Positions 62,770 to 64,000 of a stretch of 64,000 nucleotides of DNA are shown here, piece by piece. The notes under the pieces are model-generated. The model saw only the letters and a program-made list of their open reading frames with translations. It did no database searches and was not told where the DNA came from. The stretch is from Amoebidium appalachense (taxonomy: Eukaryota > Protista > Ichthyosporea), in contig CAVNZM010000007.1 of the NCBI GenBank assembly GCA_963693365.1, positions 10,971,962-11,035,961 on the forward strand. The letters are read 5' to 3'. How positions within the stretch are numbered: the first letter of the stretch is position 1; every line of letters begins with the position of its first letter. The translations under genes and the position numbers were made by a program.

Positions 62770-63638
62770 TTTCGGTTTTCTGCAGGGGAAGAACAACGTC
62801 AGATCCGAGCCCCCATATCCTGCAGACAAGGGTGGTTACAAGTGGAACACTATGTATGTATTCACCTGCAAGTAACTATTCTCGAATGTCAGCAAGATCC
62901 CTCTAGTAGCCAGCAGGCGCGCTACCTGTCATGTCCGTTTTTTCTACCACACGTGTGTCTCACTAGCTGGGCCCAGGTTGGTGCCCCTATCTCTCTGTCT
63001 CTCTTGTTGCTGTGTGTGTCTGTCTGTGTGTGCCCCCTTCGCATTTGCAGCTCCCCTTTGTTGCCAACTTGCAGCAGTTACGCCCAAGGCACACAGCCAT
63101 TGGTTAAAGGTCATGCATTTAAATGCACTAGCCTTATTAGGCAGGTATGTTGCCCCGCACTTGATTGGCCCGCGGCCTGGTCTCAGGCGCACTCCAATCT
63201 CATTGGCCCAGCCGGCACTACGCGCTCAGGAATTTGAAGCAGCCTGGTGGCTGCCGCCTGCCGGCCATCGATATGGCCTCTGCTAAGGGCCTGCCACTAT
63301 GTAGTGGCAAAATGAGCACATATGTTATGTACACGTAACGTATTTGAATTACATATTCATAAGAATTACCAAGAGTTTCTTTTTTGAATTATGCCTCTTA
63401 ATGCTGGAACTTGCCGGCCCGTTTCCATGCATTTACACACTGCAGCTGACGCCTATGTCGACTGCTGACGTCATGCACGTGGCACCGTGGCTCATCATCT
63501 CAGTCCCAAAGTCATTGTCACCGCCAAGGCCACTTTTCTCTTTGCAGTCGTTAGGAGAGAGGGCCGGCAGGAGGAGCGCTTACAAAGCCCCGTTTCTTTT
63601 TCTTCCCGACCACTTACAGTCTCGAGGGCTCTGGCGCC

Positions 63639-63809
63639 ATGCTGCTCTCTACCGTGGCCTGCCGCCAGGCAGCACAGGCGCTGGCCCGTCGCTGGCAGCA
63701 GCCGCTGCGTACAGGGGCGGGAGGAGCAGCAAGGAGTGTGCTGAGGGGTGTACGTGCACTGAGCACGCAGCAACAGCAGGTGCCCGAGAAGCTGTCGCTG
63801 CTGCAGAAG
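63639..63809 (+). CDS. First exon of a probable mitochondrially targeted protein (gene runs off the window)
   Basis: GCGCCATG start; Arg/Ala/Leu-rich presequence-like peptide without acidic residues ending in RALST; GTAACA donor at 63810; divergent from talin. Confidence 0.6.
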
Positions 63810-64000
63810 GTAACAGGGCTTGGAGTTATTGTGGATGAAGGATGGGGAAACGGGAGTAACAGAGATGGCCGGGCCACACAGGAGGTGGGGGGAGGGGGCG
63901 GGGAGGGGGGGAGGGGGGGGGGGAGGGAGGGGGGGCTGGTGCTAAAATGAAGTAAACGCAGGCTGTGTGTGGAAAGCAAAGTCAGCCGAAGGTGGGCGAG

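Overview
Eukaryotic genomic DNA with spliceosomal introns, very rich in microsatellites and poly-G/C tracts. An animal-like talin and a syntenin-like gene in a compact, short-intron genome suggest a unicellular holozoan such as an ichthyosporean; this is inference only. Host genes: RNPS1-like SR/RRM splicing factor (+, ~15.3-24.1 kb), Xaa-Pro dipeptidase/prolidase (-, 26.5-32.1 kb), syntenin-like tandem-PDZ gene (-, 41.4-42.0 kb), full-length talin (-, 48.4-62.8 kb), and the first exon of a probable mitochondrial protein at the right edge. Mobile DNA: two near-identical intact Ty1/copia elements (366-5768 and 34942-40819) with a half-tRNA-iMet PBS and a gag ATG inside the LTR. Copy 1 has lost the same 237 bp, including a TATA box, from both LTRs, like a natural self-inactivating provirus, and it sits inside a rearranged piggyBac transposase gene. 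A small non-autonomous TRIM-like element (33141-34589) shares PBS, PPT and LTR termini with the copia family and is the best candidate for an undescribed parasite/helper pair. Also present: a TA-flanked TIR element, other DNA-transposon relics, a 56-bp perfect palindrome and a 3.9-kb almost purine-only satellite inside an RNPS1 intron.
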